Source: Octopus sinensis
Lineage: Eukaryota
NCBI RefSeq assembly: GCF_006345805.1
Contig: NC_042997.1
Coordinates: 174,034,001 to 174,098,000 of the forward strand
Length of the DNA: 64,000 nt
Direction of reading: 5' to 3'
Shown here: positions 1 through 12,701 of the stretch, piece by piece
How positions within the stretch are numbered: position 1 is the first letter of the stretch
Layout of the letters: each line of letters starts with the position of its first letter
Made by a program: the position numbers and the translations under genes
Notes under the pieces: model-generated
What the model saw: the letters and a program-made list of their open reading frames with translations, nothing else
Databases searched by the model: none
Told to the model about the DNA's origin: nothing

Positions 1-297
1 CTCATTTCTAGCAATTGTAGGTGCTATTTTGCACCCCCAATTATTAATTTCACCTTTTTGGCTTTAATTGCTACAGCCGCCTATATTATAATGTATTCAA
101 TATATCTTAATATATTATTATAATATCTTATTGTATGTTATATATATATATATATATATAATATATAATATATATATATTGTGTATCAATTCTTTGATGC
201 TTTTATTCGTTTTAGCTTTTAGGCTGCGGCCATGCTGCAGCACCACCTTGGACAGTATTTAGTAGAACAAATTGAGCCCTTAAGTTACGGTGACAAT

Positions 298-818
298 GTG
301 AAGAACATCGCAGATGTGCGTGCAACTGTGAGGGGAAATCGTCGAATCACCATTTGTGAATCATCAGAAAATGTGCAGATTAGTTACGGTTCAGTTCAGT
401 CCATTATCACTGAAGATTTGGGTATGAGACGCGTGTCTGCCAAGTTTGTGCCAAAACCGCTTTAAGTTGTCCAAAAAGACACTCGGGTTTCAGTTATACA
501 AGATCTACTTGATTGTGTTGAGAGCGATGAAATCTTTTTTGAAAACTTTGCGTAGGCCCCTGAGCAGGTATCGCCAAGCTTTTGGCAAAATTTGATGCAG
601 ATTCTCTGCTCAACTTTCTATGTCATGGTCAATTCGATGATCGCACGCTACATTCCTTCCTTCCAAGCACTGCTGTAAGCAGCTAAAGTAAGCTAGAATG
701 TTAAAACTTAGTGCACATGCACGAAAGTGCTCAAGGTCAATCTGTGCCAAGCGGCTTTACTCTCCATGCTTTAACTTCGTTACAATGACAACTGTCCGGA
801 TACTTATTGATCAGACTA
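298..818. mobile_element. Mariner-derived non-autonomous element with internal inversion
   Basis: + strand 298-545 reads NIADVRATVRGNRRITICESSENVQISYGSVQSIITEDLGMRRVSAKFVPK (mariner HTH to WVPH-equivalent). - strand from ATG at 626 reads MT*KVEQRICIKFCQKLGDTCS (mariner N-terminus). TIR-like TAGTCTGATCAATAAGTATCCGGAC on - strand at 794-818. Confidence 0.8.
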
Positions 819-928
819 CATATATGTATGTATATATATATATATATGAATTTTTGCTTCAAGATTCCTGATGTGAAACGTGTGTTAAAACAGATATCCT
901 TATATTTCAAGACGGTCACTTTCTTTTC

Positions 929-1184
929 TGCCAAATAACCACGCGCACTATATATTCGTTCTCATTTCATCTTATATTGGTTGTCCGAAGATCTTTCGTC
1001 ACACATCTCTGACCTCTCCAGCGACCCTTTCCGTCCACCCGTGTCCTCCTACTCTGTTTAATCCATTCTCAGAGTGAGGTCACAGATGTATGAAGGAAAG
1101 ATTTCCGGACAATGGACTGGACATAAGATAGAATAAGAACAGTAATGGACCGGTGAAGAAGGAATATATAGTTTTTATTTGGCA
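929..1184. mobile_element. Fold-back/MITE-like element, copy 1
   Basis: Termini TGCCAAATAA...TTATTTGGCA. Inner arms 958-1016 and 1076-1140 are imperfect reverse complements. Termini are shared with 48902-49064. Confidence 0.6.
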
Positions 1185-1232
1185 AAAAAAAAGAATGACC
1201 TTCCAGAAATATAACAATACGCACGCGCGCAC

Positions 1233-1286
<54 letters not shown>

Positions 1287-2923
1287 AGTCAAAGGGACAT
1301 TAGACAAACAGAAAGTGAAAGCACTGCGATCTGGTAAATTTTTCTACATGACACTAAAATTTAATGCGATCCGCTCTTACAAACAGAATTTATGATTAAT
1401 AAATTCGGTGGTAGCAAAGCCGGACAAATGACAAATTAAGCAAATTAAAAAACTTTTGATGTGCTTAATGATGTAAGTATTCTTAATGAAATGAAATTTG
1501 TCTTTTGGTTGCAGAAATAAAAAAAAAAAAGTAACGACATTTCTAAGCAAATCTTAAATAGAGGAAGAGATGATTTTAAGATTTAAAAGAAATTCTACTG
1601 AAAATTGAATCTTCAGTCGTAGTAAAACAATATTGTCTTCTTTAACAACTACAGACATGTTTGGATTTTGTTAGACATCAACAGAACAGTTTTCTGAAGC
1701 TTGCTTTGATCAGTGGGCAGAATTTTACAAGAAAAACAATTGCAGAGTTTTGCCCCGTTTAATTTGTCTGATTACAATAAGTGAGCTAGGGACTAAAAAC
1801 TTGAAATTTTTGTTACACCCCTTTGAAAAATTATTTCAAAGGCTCTGAGGTCAGTTTAGCTTCTCATATTTTCAAACACGATAGAAATAAATATCTGTCA
1901 ACTGCCGAGGACTACCTGACAAGTTTGCAATCCAACCCACAATATGTGACTGTGTCACTGTCACTAATCAATAAGGAGCGATAGAACATGAAGTCTTATT
2001 AAAATAATTTAAGTTATAATGTCACCGAGCGAGACAGAAAATGTCACTTGTTCTCTCGCTTTTTCTCTAGGAAAATACGAACAGGCGTAAAGAAAAACTA
2101 TTGAATATCTTGGTATTCACAAAAAGCATGGAAACTCTTCGAACCAAAACTAAAATTGTTTTTCACCCAAATTGGAAAAAAAACAAAACACCACAGTATC
2201 TAACAAAGACTATAATTTCATAACTGGAAGTAGCCACCAGCTTTGTCGGATAGAGTAGAACATTTTTTAAGCATATTAGATTTAAGTGTATACAGATGCG
2301 TATTGACTACAGTACGCATCTATGTTTTGTTATATATATTTTATCATTTTTATTAACTAGGAATTTACAGGATTATCATCTTTGCCATCTGTTAAGTATC
2401 GTTACATAAATTCGATGCTGCTGAAGACTTAAATGTATTTTGAAATACACACGAAATGAATGCGGATATTTACTTTCTAGATAGACACAGAAAAACACAC
2501 ACACAGGCATACATGAGATCGATATATTGAAGATCAAGAAGTACGATTTGGTATTGGAATATTTTTCATAGAGACTCAAATACCAATATTTGCAGATTGA
2601 TGCTCTACTTAGTTAAAGGAGCAAATGTAAATGCTAAAATAATGTTGTTACCTTTACTTGTATTATATAAACGTATGTATCCATACGCGCACACAGATCT
2701 AAACACCCTTATATATACATACATACATACATACATACATACATACATACATACATACATACATACATACATACATACATACATACATACGTACGTACAT
2801 GCATGCACCTGTTATTAAGTAACAAATTAACTTGTCTACATGCAACTTAAAGTTACACACGCACACACATATATAGACATACATATACATATGCGCTGAT
2901 ACAATAGCATATATATGAGTATA

Positions 2924-3350
2924 GGCGTAGGAGTGGCTGTGTGGTAAGTAGCTTGCTTACCACACGGCTTGCTTACCAACCACATGGTTCTGGGTTCAGT
3001 CCCATTGCGTGGCACCTTGGGCAAGTGTCTTCTACTATAGTTTCGGGCCGACCAAAGCCTTGTGAGTGGATTTGGTAGACGGAAACTGAAATAAGCCCGT
3101 CGTATATGTGTGTATATATATGATGTGTGTGTATATGTTTGTGTGTCTTTGTTTGTCCCTCCAACATCGCTTAACAACCGATGCTGGTGTGTTTACGTCT
3201 CTGTAACTTAGTGGTTTAGCATAAGGGACCGATAGAATAAGTAATAGGCTTACAAAGAATAAACTCTGGAGTCGATTTGCTCAACTAAAGGCGGTGCTCC
3301 AGCATGACCGCAGTCAAATTACTGAAACAAGTAAACGAATAAACGAATAA
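2924..3350 (+). mobile_element. tRNA-derived SINE family A (CORE-like GTGGCACCTTGGGCAAGTG, internal TA/TG microsatellite)
   Basis: Head GGCGTAGGAGTGGCTGTGTGGTAAG, B-box GGGTTCAGTCCC, tail ...GACTGAAACAAGTAAA; homologous to more than 10 other copies in the window. Confidence 0.9.
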
Positions 3351-3361
3351 AAAAAGAATAT

Positions 3362-3406
<45 letters not shown>

Positions 3407-4544
3407 GATGATAGATAGGTGTTTAAATTTCTGCGTTGTGTGATGTGTCTGTCTGTGTGTGTATGTGTGTGTGTGCATGCGCGCATAATAGTAATTTATA
3501 AGTAACAATTCGAGTATAAAAAAAGACATCTCTTTATTTATGGAATAATATTTGCCTTGACTCGAAAACATTTTCTCCTGTCACCCTATATATTACTGCA
3601 TAACTAGGTCAAGATTAATGTAGAGGACTCGGTAAATTTCAAGTGCAAACATTGCAAAAATATTTCGAAGCCTGATATCAACATTCTATTATTCTGAGTA
3701 AGTGTTATAACCCGTGATCAACAGCGAAGCTAAATATTTGTTTATTGTATTTTTAATAACATATATATTCAAAATTTGAATAAATATCTTTATGATGCAT
3801 GTGATATTTTATAAATGTGACAACTTTTCTTTCTTACTTTTTGTTCGTTTTACAATGAGGGTAGTTAAAGACATTCTGAAAATATATTAAAAAACAAAAC
3901 AAAATAAAGCTATTTCATTTAGAGAAATATTTAAAATTTGTTATATTTTTCAAAAATTTATTACTATTGTTATTATTTATTTAAACTCAGGAAACACCGG
4001 AAGCAGGAAGGATGATAGCACGAAAGCTATTCAGCGTATGAAAAAATTCTTAACGCAATAATATAGCACTTGATTCATTAAATCACTTTTATTCTTCAAT
4101 TATTGAAGATAACTGTCTGAGATTTTTAGGCATACTCCAAATAGTGACATTTCACACACCTATCTGCTTATCGTGTGCTTACTGGCGCCATTTTTCTCGA
4201 AAAAGCTTTAAGCTAAAAGGACAAAAAGAAAAACGAAAAATGACTAAAAAGTTTATTCAGCTATGAATTTTTTTAAAGTCATCTGTGAGATTTATGATTC
4301 ATATTTTTTAAAATTCAAATTAATACACCGATACAAATGTCTGCTGGATTTTTATGTAGAATATATGTTATTGCTTTTCCTTATTTTCGATAATAATAGA
4401 CGTCGGTGGAGCTCGAAATTGCGCTCATCTGTATTTGAAGCAAATATGAAACTGGTAGAATCGCTAGCGCGTCGGACAAAATGCTTAGTGGCATTCTTCT
4501 GGCTGTTCAAATCCCGCCGCGTTCGACTTTGATTTTTATCATAA

Positions 4545-4681
4545 GCGCAAGCTTCCCAACCACATAATTCCAGATTCAGTCCCACTACGTGGTACCTTGG
4601 GCTAGTGTCTTTTACTATAGCCTCGGGCCGACCAATACCTTGTGAGTGGATTTAGTAGACGGAAACTAAAGGAAGTCCGTC

Positions 4682-4730
<49 letters not shown>

Positions 4731-4741
4731 ATATGTATGTA

Positions 4742-4772
<31 letters not shown>

Positions 4773-4983
4773 ACATGTATATGATAATTCTATGTGTGTC
4801 TTTTTGTCCATGTTTGCCCTCCCATCACTACTTGACAACCAGTGTTGGTGTGTTTACGTCTCCGTGATAAGTACTAGGCTTAGAAAAACAAGTCTCGGGG
4901 TCGATTTGTTCGACTAAAACCCGTCAAGGGAGTGCTACAGCAAGTGACTGAAACAAGTAAAAGAATTAAAGAATAAAAGAATA
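4545..4983 (+). mobile_element. SINE family A, diverged
   Basis: Same head/microsatellite/tail layout as 2924-3350. Confidence 0.8.
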
Positions 4984-5929
4984 CTGGGTCGATAGAATAA
5001 ATGTCTGTCGTACAATGGGCTCAATGCAACCAACTCATTCCATCTTTTAAAAATAGTTGGCCTTATGCCGAAAGTTAAATTGTTTTCCCAAATATTCAAG
5101 CAAAGGCTTGGTTGAGTCATTCGCGCGTCACACAAAATACTTATTGGCATTTTCTCCCGATTCTTTACGTTCTGGGTTTAAATGTCGCCGAGGTCAAATC
5201 TAGGCGATATGAATTTGTGTTCTTGATAAGACGGATATCATTTATTAAGTGGTAACAGTAGCCATATATAAAAAGAAAACGGTTGTTGACATAATTAAGA
5301 TATATAGAGCAAAATCCACTGAGATTTACAAACTATCAATTATTGATGGTAATTTAATATATTTATATTGATTTGTCATTCAGGTTTTCTCTTAATGTAA
5401 TTATGTTGAAAATCCGCAGTGATAAAATATCTTTGAATTCTCGTCACAATATATCATAAAGGCTTCCACACAGTTTCCATGTATATATTTTTGCTGGTAC
5501 GTCTTGTGTCAAATCTTGACTACGGCTGAAGTCATTTGGCCAGGATTTGATTGACAAGTGAATCTCTAAATAATTTAGCTGTGCTCGCTCACAATAAAGT
5601 ACTTCAACATTCTTTAATTCGCAAAAATATTTTTAAAAAACTGCCAGGAATTCTTGCGCGTGTGTGTGTGTGCGCACACACACGCACGTCTATTTTCTGC
5701 GTCGCAAGAATTCTACATGTTTCTCTTAATTCACCCTTTTACAACTCCTAAGGAGTTTCCTTATGATTCTGGTGCAGGAAACACCTACCGGCTAAACTAT
5801 GGATTTCATTTTAATTATGGGAGAGATAGAACAAGTAGAGAGGACAGATCTTGTATAAAAGTTGTATAAAAGTTGTATAAAACAACGAATAATAGAATTC
5901 CTACAACTTCAGGTGATACATGTGAGACA

Positions 5930-6125
5930 ACACACGTATATATATATGTTTGTGTGTGTATGTGTACGTATGTGTGTGCGTGTGTGCATATATGCATCGT
6001 ATATATGTGAGTATAACTATATATGCACAAACACACACATATATATATTATATATATATATATAGATAGATAGATACACTGCCCACATATGTGTGTATGT
6101 ATGTGAATATATATATATGCATATA

Positions 6126-6183
<58 letters not shown>

Positions 6184-6266
6184 CACACACACTCGCATAT
6201 AAATGTATATAAGTATATGTATATATATATACGTATATATACAAATGTATGTATATGTATGTGTAT

Positions 6267-6310
<44 letters not shown>

Positions 6311-6610
6311 CATGAGTATACATGGATGTATATATGTATCTATACACATATGTATATAGGTACATATGTATGCATATAGATATACATAGACTGTGAGTTA
6401 CGACTACAGTTCTTCAAAGTTCCGCTGCCGCTTATAATAAGCGTGAAACGTATTTATTAAGACGCCAATTAATGCCATTTCATTCCGTGCCATGATCATC
6501 TTTCGCATCCGACATTATTACATCCCTTTATTTTTAATTCAGTGTGACATTTATATTCCCAGCTGTACTAAAACATAAACAGGCGCTGTATGACTACCTT
6601 TATATATATA

Positions 6611-6675
<65 letters not shown>

Positions 6676-6680
6676 GTATG

Positions 6681-6723
<43 letters not shown>

Positions 6724-6880
6724 TATACATACATTCATACACACAATCATACATACATACATATGTATGTATGTGTGTGTTTGTGTGTGTGTTTATATAT
6801 ATATATATATACATACATACATACATACATACATACATACGTATGTATGTATGTATGTATGTATGTGTATATGTATGTAT
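5930..6880. repeat. Compound (TA)n/(CA)n/(TACA)n microsatellite blocks
   Basis: Read directly from the sequence; explains the YI/IY-rich ORFs. Confidence 0.9.
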
Positions 6881-7391
6881 CATATAAATTTCGTTATTTA
6901 TCTTTGTTTTTACCAATTATCTTTCACTTGTTTCACTCATTAGACTGTGGCCATGCTGGAGTACCCCTCTGAAGAGTTTTTGTCGAACAAACTGATCCCA
7001 GTACCTATTTTATCAAAGTGTGTTCTTTATTATATCGGTTCTTATGCCGGACCGCTAAGTTATGAGGATGTAAGCAAACCAAGAAACCGCGATGGGAGAC
7101 GAGGTTAACTGTTTTAGCCAAAACAGTTAAGATCGTGAAAGATGAGACGAAATTCATGCATTTACCTCGATAAAGTGTTTCACTCACCTTTCATAAAGTA
7201 TGCTTATGTAAAGGGCGAATATAATCGAAGTAATTGAAATCAATAAATGTTGCTCTTTAGTAATAATATAAGTTTTCAGAGTCAATGCAAAAATAGACCC
7301 AACAAAATTTGAAGAGAGTAGATAGACAGATAAAAGTTTAAAATAAAAAAGTATTTATTATGCAATACATGTAAAGCACAACAGGAGGAGG

Positions 7392-7725
7392 AGACCCCTT
7401 CTGTCATGAATGAACATGAGATTGCACCTAGAAAGTTATCCCCCGAGGCACAAGTCCAGGCAGAGTTGTTTATGTAAGGCCGGCAGTCGCCCATGCATAC
7501 TATTCTCCCCTCTCCACGCCACCGATGTTATGGAAGGGAAAGGCAAAGGCCGATACAGCTTGGCACCAGTGATGTCGCAACTCATTTCTACAGTTGAGTG
7601 AACTGGAGCAACGTGAAATAAAGTGTCTTGCTCAAGAACACAACACGCAGCCCGGTTCGGGAATCGAACTCACAACCTCACGACCGTAAGCTCGACGTTA
7701 TAACCACTGAGCCATGCGCCTTCAC
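7392..7725 (-). mobile_element. tRNA-derived SINE family D, tail type T1
   Basis: - strand head GTGAAGGCGCATGGCTCAGTGGTT, core GTTGTGTTCTTGAGCAAGACACTTTATTTCACGTTGCTCCAG; homologous to 59163-59450. Confidence 0.85.
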
Positions 7726-8249
7726 TAAGCACAACAAAAGCACTTGAATAAATCAAAAAATTAGAATGCCTTAGCTGCGAGAAAAGTATTATAAGAATGT
7801 AAACACTTTTTCTTAGTTTTTGATTAATAGAAAAATAAAAAGGGAAACTTTAGACTGTATGTTTCATTGCTTGTTAACCGCTTCTCAGAGGAAATGCTAC
7901 TCTCTTAGCTGCCTCTCACATACCTATTTCTTGCTTAGGTAAAAGTTTACATATCTATAATAGCGAATATGAGCCCGAATAACCATTAAGTCTTCTCCTA
8001 TGGTGAAATCAATGAAAAACCGAGCGACCATTATAGCATCTCCTATAACTATGTTAATGTAAAGGAAAAGAATAGAGTCCAATCGGAATCGAAACTGAGC
8101 ATGTAATCAGCCTGCTTAATCGATCTTCGTTCGATGTTGATTTCCATCATCCGTAATAACTGTAAAGTCAGCCACCGAAATGTCATTGCATTTTCATAAC
8201 TTAGGCCCGCTCTACATTACTGATTTATTGTTATCCACCAGTCCGAAAT

Positions 8250-9050
8250 AGGAAGAATAGAAAATTAAATTTGTAGCTAACTAATCGTTAAATACTCAAA
8301 ACCACGAACAAAAACCAACCACCATCAATTTTTACGCATCACTTTTGGATTTTACAATTTTTAACGTTACAAGTAAACACAACTGAACAGGAAAATATAT
8401 TCATTGAATTCCATTTTCTTTTTATAGCTTATTTATTTTACTAAATATAATTTCTCCAATGGCTTCCAGTCCGACCACCTTTGAAATATGTTTGTTAATA
8501 TTTTGTATTCTCGCTTGGAACTATAAATGTTGCTTGTAAGAGTTTTGATGATGGTAACATTTTTTCCTCTATACCAAACACCAATCTAATTATCTTTCTG
8601 ATCTTTGCAAAATGTCAAATATATGTATTATATCTAACTTCGTCTCACAATATTTGATAATCTCTTTTCAAATTTATCAAATAATATACTACCGTGAAAA
8701 ATTAGAGTTTTGAAGTTTTTCTGTTTTCGTATATCGATCTTTATAGCAGTTGACTTACGAAACTATCGTAATGGTTCCAGAGTATCTTGTAATTAAGTTT
8801 CACCATGAACACGTCAGAAGCATAAACCAAAGTCATCATTTTTACGTAAAACATCGAGAAATTAGCCTCTGGTTGGGCCATATATACTATTTAGATTGCT
8901 GCATAAAGACTTCAACATAGTTACGCACAAATGATGTCTGTGTTTATTCGAGCTTGTTCCCTGTTATTAAATGTTTTCCTCGCTGCATGTCATAGATAAC
9001 TGGCCTGAAATGCTTTTTCATTATGGTGTAATTGAAACAAAACACATATT
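8250..9050 (-). mobile_element. Possible decayed Penelope-like RT fragment
   Basis: Broken frames give RKNDDFGLCF*RVHGET*LQDTLEPL (cf. RYxDDxFxxWxHGE) and DKFEKRLSNIV; many stops. Confidence 0.35.
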
Positions 9051-9456
9051 AAATATTTAATTATTGTTTATTGCTAATCTGTCTGCGAAAGATCTATAAT
9101 GCAGAACGTTAACAAAAGTTTCAGTAATATAAATACTTACATACATAGAGATAGAGAGAATATATGTGTATATATATATGTTTACACGCACAGACACATA
9201 CATACACACAGAGTGCTCGATGCTTTATTTACAGTATAACATTTATTATAATATAATGGGTAAAGTGTCATCTTTTCCACTAGTTTAAGTTTCTTACCAA
9301 ATAGGCACACTTCAGACGGTATCTCAGAAAGGAAGTTTTACTAATCCTACGATTTATCATTAGCATAGGTTATCGATTTTAACCATTCTATTGAATTTTA
9401 TTTGTTAGTAGGATTCTGAATCCTCAATGCAATATACCGAATAGAAACGGTTGCAT

Positions 9457-9514
<58 letters not shown>

Positions 9515-9550
9515 TGTGTGTGTGTGAGTGTGTGTGCGTGTGTGTGTGTG

Positions 9551-9591
<41 letters not shown>

Positions 9592-10111
9592 TATCTATCT
9601 GTGGATGTATGGATGTTTGTGAGTGTCATTGAATAATGATATATAAAAATATTAGGAGCTACCTTCGGGGTTAGCCGATTGGCTGATTCGTATTGCGTCG
9701 CAAGGATGCTTTATTTGTTCCCAGAATGTTCTAGGTTCAAGCCACACCGTGCTTTACTTTGTTTTTCAGGATTGATAAAATAAGTTACCAGTCAAATAAT
9801 GAAATCGATACCTCCCCACTTCTCTCTCTCTCTCACTGTCTCTCCGTTTTTCTCTCTCTCTTTATCTTTCTCTCTGTCCCTTCCTAAATGGGTTGTGCTA
9901 CGGCAAACGTGACAAGGGGTACGGACCTTCTCCTGTATCCGTTTACTTCAAGACAAAGTTGACTTTATCTTAATAGGGTAATATAGAAGCCGAGTCACTA
10001 GCGGAGTGTGGCACCTCATGAGGATGAGGATAACTGTTTATATGATTTTCAGTTATGCTTCTGGTATTAAATTGCAACAGAAAATTTCTACAATACAGCT
10101 AGTAATAAAAG

Positions 10112-11400
10112 TTAGAAATAAAAGTTTGTGAAGAATTACTCAATTTGACATAGTTTTAATAAAGATTCTATAGACAACAGTTTTGGAAATGAGCAAAACA
10201 TTCTACCGTTAAATACAGTATTATTAAAATTATCATGCTTCTCAAGAAGCACATTGCAACCATCCGTTATAATATGAAAGCTTCCGTTTGATTTTTCTGT
10301 TTGCGATCAGTAGATTAATCTAGAGCGACGACCCTGTTATAATGTGCTCAATAAAATTGTATTTTCAGACATTTGTCAAAAGTTTCAAACCTATTGTTTA
10401 AATGATGAGATAAATTAGTGAATATGTGACGTTCGTTATTCTAAGTCAGACTTGTCGCGACTTAGATCTATTTCTGTGTAGCATGCTGTCCTTGTGAATT
10501 TGATAGCAAAAACTATCGAGACTGCTTTCTTTTAATTTCCACATATAATTAGACAGGGTTGTAGCATTTCTGTTATTTATGAAATTATTTCTCTTCATAA
10601 AAATGACACTTATAAGTATTTTATAGGCATATACATTATAGATAATACACATTTATATTTCTACAGCTGCACACAATAGAATCAGCCCTTTTGTCGCGTA
10701 AGAAGTATTTGTTATACGCACCAACGATATTAGTGATACAATTGTAACTTTCTTTAATATTATTTCCCTCAAATAATCTAGAGAATTTATGAACGATTGG
10801 GAAGTTCTTTTGATAAACACAAAGTAGCCATACCTACATTTGATTTTACTTCGATGAAAATAGAAAATGAAGGCAAAAAATATCTCGCTTTTCGTTCTTG
10901 CTTGAAAACAGGTTTTCTGGATTAAAAGAGTATCTTTTAAAATTTTAAGAAAAAATGCATCTTTTTAGCCAAGAAGATCAGATATGCTTTCTCTAAAGTA
11001 TCATTTGTATATCCGTAACAGACTGTAATTCAGATGCCCAACTACTCCAATGTGATATTTAAATACATGTATTTATTGGTTGATTAAAATTATCGATTCT
11101 ATGGCATGCATAATAATTTTAATAATACTGTATTTAACGGTAGAATGTTTTGCTAATTTCCAACACTGTTGCCGCTACAATCTTTATTAAAGCTATGTCA
11201 AATTGAGCAATTCTTCACAAACTTTTATTTCTAAGTCTGCTACACCATTACAATGCATTACTATGATTCTACTGGAAAGCCTAGAGGCTTCCTTAGTTCC
11301 GAATTGACTCTACACAGGATTTGTTTATCTGCACTTAGGATTACATATCATAGTTTTCTTAAGATCATTCAGAGTGTTATCAATTTCATAGTTGGACAAA
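10112..11400 (-). mobile_element. Decayed Penelope-like element (RT N-terminal and endonuclease C-terminal remnants) with internal inverted repeat
   Basis: NPKCR/KQILCRVNSELRK at 11289-11343; AQFDI near 11200; RNATTLSNYMWKLKE...SKSRQV*L...ERHIF...LNNRFETFDKC at about 10345-10590; ~125 bp inverted repeat 10112-10238 / 11108-11234. Confidence 0.6.
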
Positions 11401-12563
11401 CATTCTCTCTTTTATCTGATTTTAATCTAGAAACTATAATCGTAATTTTATTGTTAGTATTGTCATTACTTTTGTGCAATAAATAGAACCTCACTTAGTA
11501 TCCTTATTTAATTCTAACACATTAGAGAAAGCGTAAACTTTGATAGACGTAATGATGATAATATCTGATTCTAGTCTGCTTTGAAAGCTATAAATATCTT
11601 TTTTAGATCTTACTTTGCTAATATCATAATTAGAAGTTATATAGTAAACAGTTGCGCGTTTTCACTAAAGTTTTTAGATGGTGGTGGGTTTCCGTTACAT
11701 AGCTATCCACATATATTTTAAAACGTTTCGTTTCCGACAAACGTTTCATATTGCTCTTGCAAGATTCTCGCTAGGTAGTGTTGGTATATTCTTCATTACT
11801 GTTTTAAAAAAATGTTATTTTATTTGATGAGAATGCACAAGAGTGATAGTAGTATAACGAACAAAGTAAAGGCATGAATATAATTTGCATTCGATTCATT
11901 TCTTTGTTGTTAAAACAACGGAGAGAACAAAGAAGTTTCAGTGAAAATTTACAGTCCTGTCACCCCGTGCTAACTACAGAAAATAAATGCCATATTTGTA
12001 AAACTTCCTTACTAAGATAGCTTCATAGCAAAAGGTAAAAAATTAAAACACAAGTAACCTACCATGACTATTTTAGCGCGCTTTGCCTCTGAAATTTATT
12101 AAGTACCTTCCGTATAATTTGTAAGATAATTAACGAGCGACTGGGAAAATTAATATACATGAGCGCAGTTATTACCATGTTTATAGAATGGTCTTTTCAA
12201 AATCGTATTGTCCCAGGTTTCATCAATCTACATGTTAGCTCCGCAATGCTTATGTGGGAGAAACTGATAAGATAGAAACTGTGATTAAGTTCGTCCGATA
12301 GGTTTCTTACAAGCATAAACCAGATCACCCGTTTGAGGGTAGGTTCCTCCATTCTTTCCACTCGTTTCAGAGTTTCTGATAAAATTTTTTAAAAAACTAC
12401 AGAAGTTTTCTCCCTTCTTATAAGCTTCTTGTAGCAAAGAATTACACTAACAGTAACTAGCTTCAATAACAAACACATTGTTTATGTCAGGTCTATAGCC
12501 AAATTATTGCTGATACTAACGTTTTCGTTAACACCAAATGAACTCTGATTGAGTAGGCATATA

Positions 12564-12701
12564 CATTTCTTTTTAACCCACAAGGGGCTAAACACAGAGA
12601 GGACAAACAAGGACAGACAAACGGATTAAGTCGATTATATCGACCCCAGTACGTAACTGGTACTTAATTTATCGACCCCGAAAGGATGAAAGGCAAAGTC
12701 G
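12564..12701 (-). mobile_element. 5'-truncated SINE family B with 11-bp TSD
   Basis: Reverse complement of the GCCTTTCATCCTTTCGGGGTCGATAAA...GCCCCTTGTGGG tail; TSD GTAGGCATATA at 12553-12563 and 12702-12712. Confidence 0.85.
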
